Below, in pieces: positions 9,573 through 17,971 of a DNA stretch of 40,000 nucleotides. Origin of the DNA: Phycisphaera sp. (GTDB lineage: Bacteria; Planctomycetota; Phycisphaerae; Phycisphaerales; Phycisphaeraceae). A model generated the notes under the pieces. The model made no database searches, had not been told where the DNA came from, and saw only the letters and a list, made by a program, of their open reading frames with translations. Within the stretch, counting starts at the first letter, position 1, and every line of letters begins with the position of its first letter. Location of the stretch: positions 10,439 through 50,438 of the forward strand of contig WGMF01000021.1 of assembly GCA_016125215.1 (NCBI GenBank), written 5' to 3'. Made by a program: the position numbers and the translations under genes.

Positions 9573-10294
9573 TGGCCCGGGATACCGTCAAAACCAAATT
9601 GCTCGTAAGCGTGCGGGACGGCATCGAAGCCCGTGAGGCCCTGGAGGGCGGTGCCGACATCATCGATGTCAAGGAACCGAACCACGGCTCACTCGGCAGA
9701 CCCGACCCCCGGAAGGTGGGGGAGGTCGTCCGGGTGATTGCGGGGCGATTGCCGGTGAGCGTGGCCCTGGGAGAGCTTGACGAGGGACGACGGCTTGACG
9801 GGTTTGCGTTCGATACGGTTCATTACGTCAAAGTGGGGTTGCACGGCGTGTCGGATGGCTGGCCTAATCATCTGTCTGAACTCTATGCCTCGCTGCCCGG
9901 GGGAACCCGTGGCGTGGCGGTGGCGTACGCGGAGCGCGACGTGACCGTGCCCGTGGCCCAGGTCCTTTCATGGGCGATCGAAAATCATTGTGCCGGCCTG
10001 CTCATCGACACCCATGAAAAAGACGGGCGGACGCTCCTGGACCACCGGACAACCGGGGAACTGTGCCTGCTTCGTGAATCCCTGCACAAGTACGGCTTGT
10101 TCCTGGCCCTGGCGGGGTCGATCTCGGCACAGGCCATTGAAAAAGTGCTGACGGTTTCACCCGACATCGTCGCCGTGCGCGGCGCGGTGTGCGAGCGGGG
10201 AGACAGGACCGGTCGTGTCCGGGCGGATCGGGTGTTCGCAGTCAAAGCGATGATCGAAGCACACAACGCCCGGGCGGTCGTGTCCGCAGGTTGA
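9572..10294 (+). CDS. mfnB: (5-formylfuran-3-yl)methyl phosphate synthase, MfnB-like (DUF556) - methanofuran/methylofuran biosynthesis
   Basis: 'KLLVSVRDGIEAREALEGGADIIDVKEPNHGSLG' is the characteristic MfnB N-terminus. ATG 9572 overlaps the truD TGA by 1 nt (TGATG). Confidence 0.75.
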   Translation: MARDTVKTKLLVSVRDGIEAREALEGGADIIDVKEPNHGSLGRPDPRKVGEVVRVIAGRLPVSVALGELDEGRRLDGFAFDTVHYVKVGLHGVSDGWPNHLSELYASLPGGTRGVAVAYAERDVTVPVAQVLSWAIENHCAGLLIDTHEKDGRTLLDHRTTGELCLLRESLHKYGLFLALAGSISAQAIEKVLTVSPDIVAVRGAVCERGDRTGRVRADRVFAVKAMIEAHNARAVVSAG

Positions 10295-10853
10295 CAAGCT
10301 CAACGTGCGGCACCCCGGCGGACGCCTGTGCAAAATCGCTGTCCACAACACCCTGTTCACAGGCGGCAGCGAAAGTGGACGCCGAGGGCAGTGTGGATTT
10401 GAGGAGCGTCAACCGCGCCGCTACGACTGATCGTGCCACCAAGGCCGCGATGGAATCGCTGGTGAAACTCCATCGGCGTGGGACGAAATCCCCGGTTTTT
10501 TTTTCATGCGCGTCAAGCCAGGCCACGGGATCGAGCACACCCAAACCGTGCGGCTGCTCATCGCTTGCGAACCGATCCGGGTCCACGGTCCATGTCGCGC
10601 CGGGCAGGATGGGGTACACGAGCATCGCGTTGAACCGCATCGCTTCCACCGCAAGACGGTGGCCGACATCGGGGCCAAGTGTGAATTGACTGTCCATTGT
10701 CCTCACGTGGTCCGCCGCTTGACCCCCACCGACGACAAAGAGAAAACGCGCAGGGGATTGTTCGTGCAACCACAACATCACCTTTTCGCGCAGGTCGGGC
10801 AGGTCGAGCAGGCTCCCGCCGAGTTTAACCACATGCAGCGCATGATTAGACAT
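10242..10853 (-). CDS. Amino-acid-kinase-fold protein (MfnE-like kinase of methanofuran biosynthesis)
   Basis: 'HVVKLGGSLLD' glycine-rich kinase N-terminus. ATG 10853 overlaps the upstream stop by 8 nt. It is the last gene of the C1 operon. The assignment to MfnE is by context and fold only. Confidence 0.6.
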   Translation of the reverse strand: MSNHALHVVKLGGSLLDLPDLREKVMLWLHEQSPARFLFVVGGGQAADHVRTMDSQFTLGPDVGHRLAVEAMRFNAMLVYPILPGATWTVDPDRFASDEQPHGLGVLDPVAWLDAHEKKTGDFVPRRWSFTSDSIAALVARSVVAARLTLLKSTLPSASTFAAACEQGVVDSDFAQASAGVPHVELVNLRTRPPGRCVLRSSL

Positions 10854-11838
10854 GGCCCTTTGCCCCCAGTTGGACCAGGGCCCAGGCACAAGCGCAGGAT
10901 GACGCGGGCAACCCGACCCGGTCCGAGAGCCGTTGAACCCCGCAACCCGGCAGGGCCCGTTCTACCGCGTCAGATGCGAGTCGCTCACCGCTGCCGCTCA
11001 CGATCACGAACGACGGACGAAGGATTTGAATGAACGGGACCAGGCGCTCAACGGCCATCCTGTAAAAGTTTGTCGCCAGTCCACGCGCGTCGTCCGAAGT
11101 GAATATCTCGCAATCGCCCCCGACCATACGCAGCACACGCGCCGCGGCGAAAGGCCCGGTCATCGGTCTGCCGTCGCCGGTGTCGAGGTCGCCCGGGTCA
11201 TCGGGGCGATGGCCCAGCAGCACCATGACATCCGCCATGGTGGCAAAATACTCGGCCATCACGCCGTGGGTTTTGCCTTTGAATTCGATATCGGTTCCAA
11301 GCGCCATCAACGGTGTGCGTGCAGCGCCGAGATAGACCAGTTCGCCCTCGGCCAGCCGCTGTGTATCGGTCTTGCCTTTTGCGGTAACGTAGCCATCTGC
11401 GAATGGGATGATGTCCGTTGTGGTCGAGCCGGTGTCGATGAGTAAGCCCGGTCGGTCGGGGTACGCCGACGCGACCCATGTCGCCAACGCGTGCCAGTTG
11501 GCCGCGGCGCAGGCAAGGGGGTTAACCCGTGCGATGTCGGTTGAGACAAAGCGCCCGTCCGTGGTCCAGACGGTGAGAGGCACATTCCCACAGGCCCCGA
11601 TCATCGCCTCGAGTATGGCCCCGACGCCGACGCGTTTGGTGGCAAAACAGTCGCACAATTCGCCCGTCATGGTGCAGGCAACCCGGTCAAATGGCGGTGA
11701 ATCATCCAGGATATTTCGCAGCACCTGCCTCAGATTGTATGGGGATCGCCACAAAGCAAAGGGGATGCTCCGCACGCCTCCGTCCGTGTGCGCGGTTTTG
11801 ATGTTTGCTCCGCCGATGTCCAGGCCGAGGATGCTCAT
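10846..11838 (-). CDS. Hydantoinase/oxoprolinase-like ASKHA ATPase, H4MPT-linked C1 pathway protein (MfnF-like)
   Basis: 'ILGLDIGGANIKTAH' and 'LIDTGSTTTDIIP' phosphate-binding motifs. ATG 11838 forms an ATGA overlap with the upstream gene. Confidence 0.65.
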   Translation of the reverse strand: MSILGLDIGGANIKTAHTDGGVRSIPFALWRSPYNLRQVLRNILDDSPPFDRVACTMTGELCDCFATKRVGVGAILEAMIGACGNVPLTVWTTDGRFVSTDIARVNPLACAAANWHALATWVASAYPDRPGLLIDTGSTTTDIIPFADGYVTAKGKTDTQRLAEGELVYLGAARTPLMALGTDIEFKGKTHGVMAEYFATMADVMVLLGHRPDDPGDLDTGDGRPMTGPFAAARVLRMVGGDCEIFTSDDARGLATNFYRMAVERLVPFIQILRPSFVIVSGSGERLASDAVERALPGCGVQRLSDRVGLPASSCACAWALVQLGAKGHV

Positions 11839-12818
11839 GCGTTCACCGCGTCGAAGGGCAGGCCTCGCGCATCGTATCGGATGACCCGGTCGTGCCATTG
11901 CAGCTCGCTGCCGGGCTGGAGAATGGCTTGCGCAAGGCTGGTCTTGCACAGCAGGCTTAGCGCTGAATAGGACACCGTAAGTCGCGGGTTGATCTCAATG
12001 ACCGTGTCTTGTTCGGGGTCATCCGTGATGATGAGGTCGACGCCGACAAAACCATTCAAACCCCTGCACACCTTGAGCGTTCGTTCACCGAGGTTTTTGA
12101 TTCTTTGCCCCATCGTGCCGACGACCGGCAGCTCACCGCCGTGGTACGCCAATTTGTGTTGACCCTCGACCGTCTGCCTCCCCGGCGGAAGCATCGTCAC
12201 ACGATCCCCGTTGACCAGTGCGCACACACTGCAGACCTGCCCACGTACACAGGGTTGCACGATCAGGTCCGTGTCATGGGGAATGGACGCCCAATCAGTT
12301 TCGCGCTCGACAATCCAGGTTCTCTCGCAGCCCGCGCCGTATCGTGGTTTGACGACACAGGGGAAACCAAAGGCGGGTTTTGTTGAGATAACTTGCGTAC
12401 GCGGTGTGGGCACACCCGCAGCCGAGAGCGCCTCGTATGTCGCAAGCTTGTCGCCGTATTGTCGGATCGCCTCGAGCGAGCAGCCCAGGTGACGCACGCC
12501 CGACTCGATCACCAGACGCGACCATCGTTCGAGCAGCCCATCAAACTCCGGCGCAATGACAAGAGCCGCATCACACGCAACCAGCGCGTGCTTGAAAAGA
12601 CTTTCCGCACAATCCCGCTGCCCCACGGGGATGATCCGGTGGGCGTGGTGGTTGAGTTGCACTCGGGTGTCGACCGTGGTGAAGACCTCGCAGCCGGCTC
12701 GGACAAAATCATCGACCGCCGCGCACAGAATAGCCCCGCCCGGCGCGATGAGTTCCCGGTTCATCTCCCGTCCAGCCAGCCCGCCGCCGCAGATGAATTC
12801 AAAGATCATCACCCGCAT
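11835..12818 (-). CDS. ATP-grasp ligase (MfnD-like tyramine-glutamate ligase family)
   Basis: 'MRVMIFEFICGGGLAG' N-terminus and 'FPCVVKPRYGAG' ATP-grasp core. Start is ATG 12818 (or 12809); either overlaps the CitG-like stop. Confidence 0.65.
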   Translation of the reverse strand: MRVMIFEFICGGGLAGREMNRELIAPGGAILCAAVDDFVRAGCEVFTTVDTRVQLNHHAHRIIPVGQRDCAESLFKHALVACDAALVIAPEFDGLLERWSRLVIESGVRHLGCSLEAIRQYGDKLATYEALSAAGVPTPRTQVISTKPAFGFPCVVKPRYGAGCERTWIVERETDWASIPHDTDLIVQPCVRGQVCSVCALVNGDRVTMLPPGRQTVEGQHKLAYHGGELPVVGTMGQRIKNLGERTLKVCRGLNGFVGVDLIITDDPEQDTVIEINPRLTVSYSALSLLCKTSLAQAILQPGSELQWHDRVIRYDARGLPFDAVNA

Positions 12819-13699
12819 GAGCCGCTCCCCTGGCAAGCCGACGCCCAGACAAGCGGGTGGGTGATCGATCCTTCTCGCAACGCCACATACAACGCCGCGG
12901 TGACCAGGTCGGCGCTCGTGCCGGGGTTGCGTCTGTGCCCGTCGGCCCGGAGGTAACGGTCGAGTTCATCGAAGCGGGTCTTTGACGCTTCACCACTGGA
13001 CCAACCCGCGTCCAACACGTCCGCAGCCATGCGCTGGGCCTGCAAAGCCGTCTTCATCCCGCACTTTCGCACGATCAGGCTGTCGGGTTCGTGTGCGAGT
13101 TGTTCGAGGTGACAACCGACGATGGCCGTGTCGACGGACTGTCCCTTCACGCAACGCGTGACCAGTGCGGGAGTCAATCTTTCCATCACATCGGCAAAGC
13201 TGGTGGTGTATTGCCGTGCGACCGCGTCGCGGTCCTGCGCCCAGCGCATCGCCTGCATCAGGGATGACGCCGGTGGAGCCGAGACATCCCCGTCTTTAAC
13301 GACGCCGATCCCCCCGGGCGATGCAAGACGGATCGCGTCGTAAACATACCCGGCGTCTTCGCTGTCGAGAGCGCATAACACTTGCGCAATCCCCGTGTGC
13401 ATGTCCTGCTCCCTCGGCACGGCACACAGCGGCGCGAGCAACAACACCATACCCAGGTTCGTGTTCACACCCACCGCATCGCGCGTCGCCTTCACACACT
13501 CCCAAACCGCCCGGCCGACGCCGATCTCCGATACGCGGTCCAGGATCGGCTCGATCACAAGCGCGCTGGTCATGAACTCGACCCACGTCACATCCTCGAA
13601 CGCCGCGCCGGGATGGACGTTGCCCGCCTTGGCGGCGCAGACCTCCGCGGCGCAGGCGATCTGTGCGAGTCTTCCGGGCGTGAGTTCGGACCGGGCCAT
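12809..13699 (-). CDS. CitG/MdcB-family triphosphoribosyl-dephospho-CoA synthase-like protein (H4MPT-cluster associated)
   Basis: 'EVCAAKAGNVHPG' and 'GVNTNLGMVLLLAPL' are CitG-family motifs. ATG at 13699. Confidence 0.75.
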   Translation of the reverse strand: MARSELTPGRLAQIACAAEVCAAKAGNVHPGAAFEDVTWVEFMTSALVIEPILDRVSEIGVGRAVWECVKATRDAVGVNTNLGMVLLLAPLCAVPREQDMHTGIAQVLCALDSEDAGYVYDAIRLASPGGIGVVKDGDVSAPPASSLMQAMRWAQDRDAVARQYTTSFADVMERLTPALVTRCVKGQSVDTAIVGCHLEQLAHEPDSLIVRKCGMKTALQAQRMAADVLDAGWSSGEASKTRFDELDRYLRADGHRRNPGTSADLVTAALYVALREGSITHPLVWASACQGSGSCG

Positions 13700-13708
13700 G
13701 CCTGGATT

Positions 13709-14593
13709 TTACTGATGTGTCGAGAGGGACGCGACGACGCGCGACGCCACGTCGATCCCGCAGACCTGTGAGATCGCCCGCCAACCCGGGACAGCGTTAA
13801 CCTCCAGCACCACCGTTTTCCCATCCACCCCTGGGAGTAAATCCACGCCCGACACATGTGCACCGACCGCTTTGGCCGCGGTGAGGGCCAGTTCAACCTG
13901 CTCGGGCGTGGGTGTGTACGGCTCGCCCTGACCGCCCTGGGCGATGTTGGTCCGCCATTCGCCCCCGGTCCCGGTCCGCTTCATCGACGCGAGCACCTTG
14001 CCTTCCAACACAAACAGCCGAAGGTCGTAACCGTGGTGGGGGACAAACCGCTGCACATACATCACGCTGCGCATCGCTTCGAGCATCGTGAACAACCGCT
14101 GCGCACCGGCGGTGTCCGTGACGCGCGTCATCCCGAAGCCCTCCGACCCGAAGATCGGCTTGACCACCACATCACGCCCAAGCGCATCGAACGCGCCCAT
14201 CGCATCGCTGTACCTTTGACACACCACCGTCCCGGGCACCGGCAGGCCGGCGGCCTTGAGCTGCGACAGGCTCAAAAACTTGTCCACCGCCGCTTCGATC
14301 GTGCGCGGGCTGTTGACGACCCGGACCCCGATCGCCGCAAGCCTGTGCAGCATGTCCATCCGCAGGACGATCTGCTCCAGCGAACCGGCGGGCATCGTAC
14401 GCACGAGCACCGCGTCCATCGAGTGCAAGGGTTCAAGGTCACAAGCGACGAGGGTGCCGTCGTCGTCGACGGTGGCCAGCACCTGCGTCCATGGGCAGAT
14501 GACCGCTTCGTGCCCCGATGATCGCGCCGCCCGTTGCAGGTCCATCGAGTGCCAGCCGGCCTTGGGAGAGAGGATCGCAATGCGCACGTTCAA
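13709..14593 (-). CDS. RimK-type ATP-grasp alpha-L-glutamate ligase (MptN-like, H4MPT glutamylation)
   Basis: 'DVVVKPIFGSEGFGMTRV', 'GEWRTNIAQGG' and 'GVDLLP' RimK motifs. Start is TTG 14593 or GTG 14587, 8-14 nt after the mch stop. Confidence 0.75.
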   Translation of the reverse strand: MNVRIAILSPKAGWHSMDLQRAARSSGHEAVICPWTQVLATVDDDGTLVACDLEPLHSMDAVLVRTMPAGSLEQIVLRMDMLHRLAAIGVRVVNSPRTIEAAVDKFLSLSQLKAAGLPVPGTVVCQRYSDAMGAFDALGRDVVVKPIFGSEGFGMTRVTDTAGAQRLFTMLEAMRSVMYVQRFVPHHGYDLRLFVLEGKVLASMKRTGTGGEWRTNIAQGGQGEPYTPTPEQVELALTAAKAVGAHVSGVDLLPGVDGKTVVLEVNAVPGWRAISQVCGIDVASRVVASLSTHQ

Positions 14594-14601
14594 AAACTCC
14601 G

Positions 14602-15552
14602 TTAACGGTAGAACGACTCGGCGAGCACCTGTTCATTCACCCTGCCAAACACGTGCGTCCTGCCGGTCTCGTTGTTCTGGAAGATCACCTGCGCCGGGGC
14701 AAAGAGCATGGGGTCGATCTTGTAAAAGTCGTGGTCGTAACGCTTGAAGACCTGCGCGAAGGGTTGGCCGTAGTCCCTCGAAGACGACGAGGGGAGCTGC
14801 TTGCCGACCTCGATGAGCGACTCGTCATCGCCCTTGACGTAGAGCACGACGCGCCCGCCGTAGAGCACCGCGTCGTTGGTTCGACCGATGCCCGCCAGGT
14901 CGTCCTTGGCCACCGGAGGGAGGGGGGCAAAACCGTAAGCGCTCTGGATGCGTGCGAGCTTGAACTTGAGTTCGTGGAGCTTGTGCAGCGCGGTCTCAAC
15001 GCTGCGTGCGACGACCTGGACCGAGCCTGCGATGCTCGCGGTGCGTGCCACGACGAGCGTGACCTTGTTGGGCCTGACCTTGCACTTGTCAGCAATCATC
15101 CCGACCACGGAATCGCTTGGGAGATTGGATGTTTCCAGCACGCCGACCGCGACAGGCACGCGCTCACGGAAGCCGATGTCGTCGTAGAGTTTTTCTTTCC
15201 CGTAGACCGCACGCATCGGGCCGGACCCCATCGCAAAAAACTTGTCGACACTCACCTGCCAGCCGGCGTATTGGCTGGCCATGCACGCGACGACGGGGTG
15301 GTGGACATTGACCGCGATCACCGGGCAAGGCACGTCGCCGACGGCGCCGGGGTGGACACTGGCCACGCCCAGGTCCGCCAGGCAGATGCGTGAGACGAGC
15401 AGCCCCGCCTCGATCCCGCCGATCACGTTCACACCCGCGTCGATCACACGCGCCTTGGCCACCGTATGAACCTCGACCGCCAGTTCGCCGGCCCGTCTGG
15501 CCAGTTCGTCCGCGATCAGGTTGGCCCTTTCGTTGAGCGTCAATAGAGACAT
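14602..15552 (-). CDS. mch: Methenyl-tetrahydromethanopterin cyclohydrolase
   Basis: 'LNERANLIADEL..VIDAGVNVIGGIEAGLLVSRICLADLG' is typical Mch. ATG 15552 overlaps the fhcC end by 13 nt. Confidence 0.9.
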   Translation of the reverse strand: MSLLTLNERANLIADELARRAGELAVEVHTVAKARVIDAGVNVIGGIEAGLLVSRICLADLGVASVHPGAVGDVPCPVIAVNVHHPVVACMASQYAGWQVSVDKFFAMGSGPMRAVYGKEKLYDDIGFRERVPVAVGVLETSNLPSDSVVGMIADKCKVRPNKVTLVVARTASIAGSVQVVARSVETALHKLHELKFKLARIQSAYGFAPLPPVAKDDLAGIGRTNDAVLYGGRVVLYVKGDDESLIEVGKQLPSSSSRDYGQPFAQVFKRYDHDFYKIDPMLFAPAQVIFQNNETGRTHVFGRVNEQVLAESFYR

Positions 15553-16301
15553 TGGATCACCTCGCCGCGCGAAAGCTCGAAGCGGTCGCCCGTGAAAAGT
15601 TGAAGCTTTGTTACGGAGTCTGGGATAGTCTGCAACAGATGATTAGCCCTGCGGAGTGTCATCGAAATAGCGGGCAGCGCCGAGGGGTCGAATAGACCGG
15701 CGTCAGCCAGGTGTGCGTGAAGTTCGGGTAACTTACCCAATGCCAAGATTGTGCCGCGTCGCATGGACAAGCCGGGGTCGGACGCGATCTGTTGGCCGAC
15801 CACGATTGTGCCCGCGCCCATCTGGTACCCCGGCGCGTGGCCGCAGTCCCCGCCGATCACGATCAGGCCTCGCCTCATGCGAGTGCCCGCGTGGTCGCCG
15901 GCGTTGCCGTGGATGACAATTTCCCCGCCGGTCATGCCTCGGTTTTGGGTGGGGGATGGTCCACCAACACGGTGTCGTGCGTGGCCTATGACGGCGATCA
16001 ATCCGCCTTTCATCGAAGCGCCCAGGTCGTCGCCGGCGTTGCCCTCGATGACGAGCGTGCCCGACGCCATCTCCCGGCCGATCATGGGCAGGGGGGGCAT
16101 GGCTTTGACATGGAGTGTGTCGCCGGGCTTGCCTGTGATGTCAAAGAGTTGGCCCAGACCCACCGTGTGCCTGCCGACTCGGACGGGGTATTGTGACAGT
16201 TGATTAGGGACAAGGCCCGTCAGGATATCCGGTCGCAGGAACGCGCCGTCACCGGGTGATGGTGAGTGTGTTGATTTCCATGTGAGGGTGTAACCATTCA
16301 C
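15540..16301 (-). CDS. fhcC: Formyltransferase/hydrolase complex subunit C (formylmethanofuran dehydrogenase subunit C homologue)
   Basis: Repeated 'GNAGDxxGxxMxxGxIxVxG' beta-helix motifs ('GNAGDDLGASMKGGLIAVIG', 'GNAGDHAGTRMRRGLIVIGG'). The GTG start forms a GTGA overlap with the fhcD stop. Confidence 0.85.
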   Translation of the reverse strand: MNGYTLTWKSTHSPSPGDGAFLRPDILTGLVPNQLSQYPVRVGRHTVGLGQLFDITGKPGDTLHVKAMPPLPMIGREMASGTLVIEGNAGDDLGASMKGGLIAVIGHARHRVGGPSPTQNRGMTGGEIVIHGNAGDHAGTRMRRGLIVIGGDCGHAPGYQMGAGTIVVGQQIASDPGLSMRRGTILALGKLPELHAHLADAGLFDPSALPAISMTLRRANHLLQTIPDSVTKLQLFTGDRFELSRGEVIQCLY

Positions 16302-17227
16302 GCGGTGGCGTCCCCCCCGAGGATCGTGCGGAGTTTGAAGTGGAACTTGCCGAGTTTACCGCCGTAGTTGCCCGCACTGACCGCGATGATGTCCGGACCG
16401 ATTGAGGCCAGGATGCCGTCTCGCATCGCGCCGGCGATGGCATTTTCGGTTAAGCCATTGATGACGATTTCGTAGACGCAGCCCACATCCTGTTGGAGGA
16501 GCGTCGGGACAACGCGGCGCAGTGTCGGGCAATAGAAATGGTTGGTCGAGGCAAAGAGGGCTTTGTAACGCGAGCCGACCTTGGAGCCGCTGCGGACGAC
16601 GCCGCCGGGGAACGGGGTGATGATGTTGGGCGTGTGGGCAATCGCTTCGACGCCGCGCCGGGCCGCGTCGAGTGTGGTCTTCTGGTCGCGGCCGCAGAGC
16701 AGGTAGTTGCCGCCGCCGATGGCTTTGACGCAGCCGACCGATTCTTCGACGACGAACTCGCCGTCCATCACGGGCACGCGCCAGTAGCGTCTTGGGCCGG
16801 TGGGGGATTCGACGCGTTTGCTTTTCTGGTAGCCGTCGCCGAAGTACCGGATTTTCTTGCCCAGGTCGAAGCGGTCGGAGTCGTCGGATTTCACCACGCC
16901 GGGCAACCCGTCATAGACGCTGGCGGTGGGGCAGGTCATGAGGCACTGCCCGACGCGGTTGGGGATGGCCTTGGCCAGGGCCTTGGCGTTGAAGGCAAAA
17001 AAGAGCAGCGACACGCCCGGTCTGCCGTCGGGGGTTTCGTCGGGGGTGAGAGTGCGTTCCAGGCCGGCCTCGGCGTCGCAACCGATCACGCTTGACCCGT
17101 AGCCGGTGGCTTCTCTGGCGGCGACCTGTGCCCAGTGCTCATCGATGGCGGTGACGATCAGTCGGCAGGCCCACATGCGGAAGGCCTCGGCGAACTGGTC
17201 GTCGATGAGGGTGTTGTGGATATGCAC
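16298..17227 (-). CDS. fhcD: Formylmethanofuran:H4MPT N-formyltransferase (Fhc subunit D / Ftr)
   Basis: 'IDDQFAEAFRMWACRLIVTA' and the rest are Ftr-like. I prefer GTG 17227 because the listed start 17284 would translate a decamer repeat element (17261-17290). Confidence 0.85.
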   Translation of the reverse strand: MHIHNTLIDDQFAEAFRMWACRLIVTAIDEHWAQVAAREATGYGSSVIGCDAEAGLERTLTPDETPDGRPGVSLLFFAFNAKALAKAIPNRVGQCLMTCPTASVYDGLPGVVKSDDSDRFDLGKKIRYFGDGYQKSKRVESPTGPRRYWRVPVMDGEFVVEESVGCVKAIGGGNYLLCGRDQKTTLDAARRGVEAIAHTPNIITPFPGGVVRSGSKVGSRYKALFASTNHFYCPTLRRVVPTLLQQDVGCVYEIVINGLTENAIAGAMRDGILASIGPDIIAVSAGNYGGKLGKFHFKLRTILGGDATA

Positions 17228-17260
17228 ACGTGGGATTGTAAAGCGGGCGGTGAATTGGCC

Positions 17261-17463
17261 GCAAATGAACGCGAATGGACGCAAATGGATGGGATCGAGG
17301 AAGATTTCACGCGGGGGTCGCCAAGAGCGCAGGGTAGAGCGTATGGGTCACACCCGGGTTTGTGATGATTGCAGGATTGAATTGGTAAACATGGGTACGG
17401 CGTTTCAATGGACACTTGGCAAGACACGGGCCTGCACATTCGCGTTTATTTGCGTTCATTCGC
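17261..17463. repeat. Inverted pair of trimeric decamer arrays (GCRAATGRAY x3) enclosing 143 bp, in the fhcD / pterin dehydratase divergent region
   Basis: Positions 17261-17290 read gcaaatgaac gcgaatggac gcaaatggat. The reverse complement of 17434-17463 reads gcgaatgaac gcaaataaac gcgaatgtgc, about 22/30 identical. Confidence 0.8.
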
Positions 17464-17533
17464 GGCTCAGCAGGGCTTTGGTGTGTGTGGAGGGTATGAT
17501 GCCTGAGAGAGCCTGATCAAGAAAGGAGATGTC

Positions 17534-17893
17534 ATGTCGGATGAAAAGAGCTACAGCGAACAGGAGATTACCGAACGCCTGGCGAGCGAATTGCCCCATT
17601 GGGAGTACCGTGACGGTTGGGTCCGCAGGAAGTACAAGACGATCGGCTGGCCTTACACGTTGTTAGTCGTCAACGCGGTCGGGCACATCGCGGAGGCGGC
17701 GTGTCACCACCCGGACTTGTCTGTCTCGTACGGCGAGGTCACGGTGAAGCTGATGACGCACTCTGCCAAGGGGGTGACGGACAAGGATTTTGAGCTGGCC
17801 AAGCTCATCGAACAACACGTCACGTGGTTGCCGGGTGAGGGTAGCCCGCTGGATGGTTTTGAGAAGGGCATGAAAAAGAAGTGGACGCGGTAG
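17534..17893 (+). CDS. Pterin-4-alpha-carbinolamine dehydratase (PCD/DCoH family)
   Basis: AGGAG lies 6 nt before ATG 17534. 'W..RDG.VRRKYKT.GW..TLLVVNAVGHIAEAACHHPDL.VSYGEVTVKL.TH' is the PCD signature. Confidence 0.85.
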   Translation: MSDEKSYSEQEITERLASELPHWEYRDGWVRRKYKTIGWPYTLLVVNAVGHIAEAACHHPDLSVSYGEVTVKLMTHSAKGVTDKDFELAKLIEQHVTWLPGEGSPLDGFEKGMKKKWTR

Positions 17894-17971
17894 AGGGATC
17901 GCCCGAACACGTGAGCGGAGTGCCTGCCCATCACAAGCCCAACCCACAGGAAGAACAAGCCCCCGGAGCGT

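Noticed and set aside
10846-11949. Long N-terminal extensions suggested by the ORF track for several genes (11949, 12836, 10889, 22367, 22380, 35734, 7171, 3003, 30261)
   Set aside because: Conserved N-termini, ATGA/overlap coupling with upstream stops, or SD spacing all point to internal starts. The extensions are Arg/Pro-rich and overlap upstream genes.
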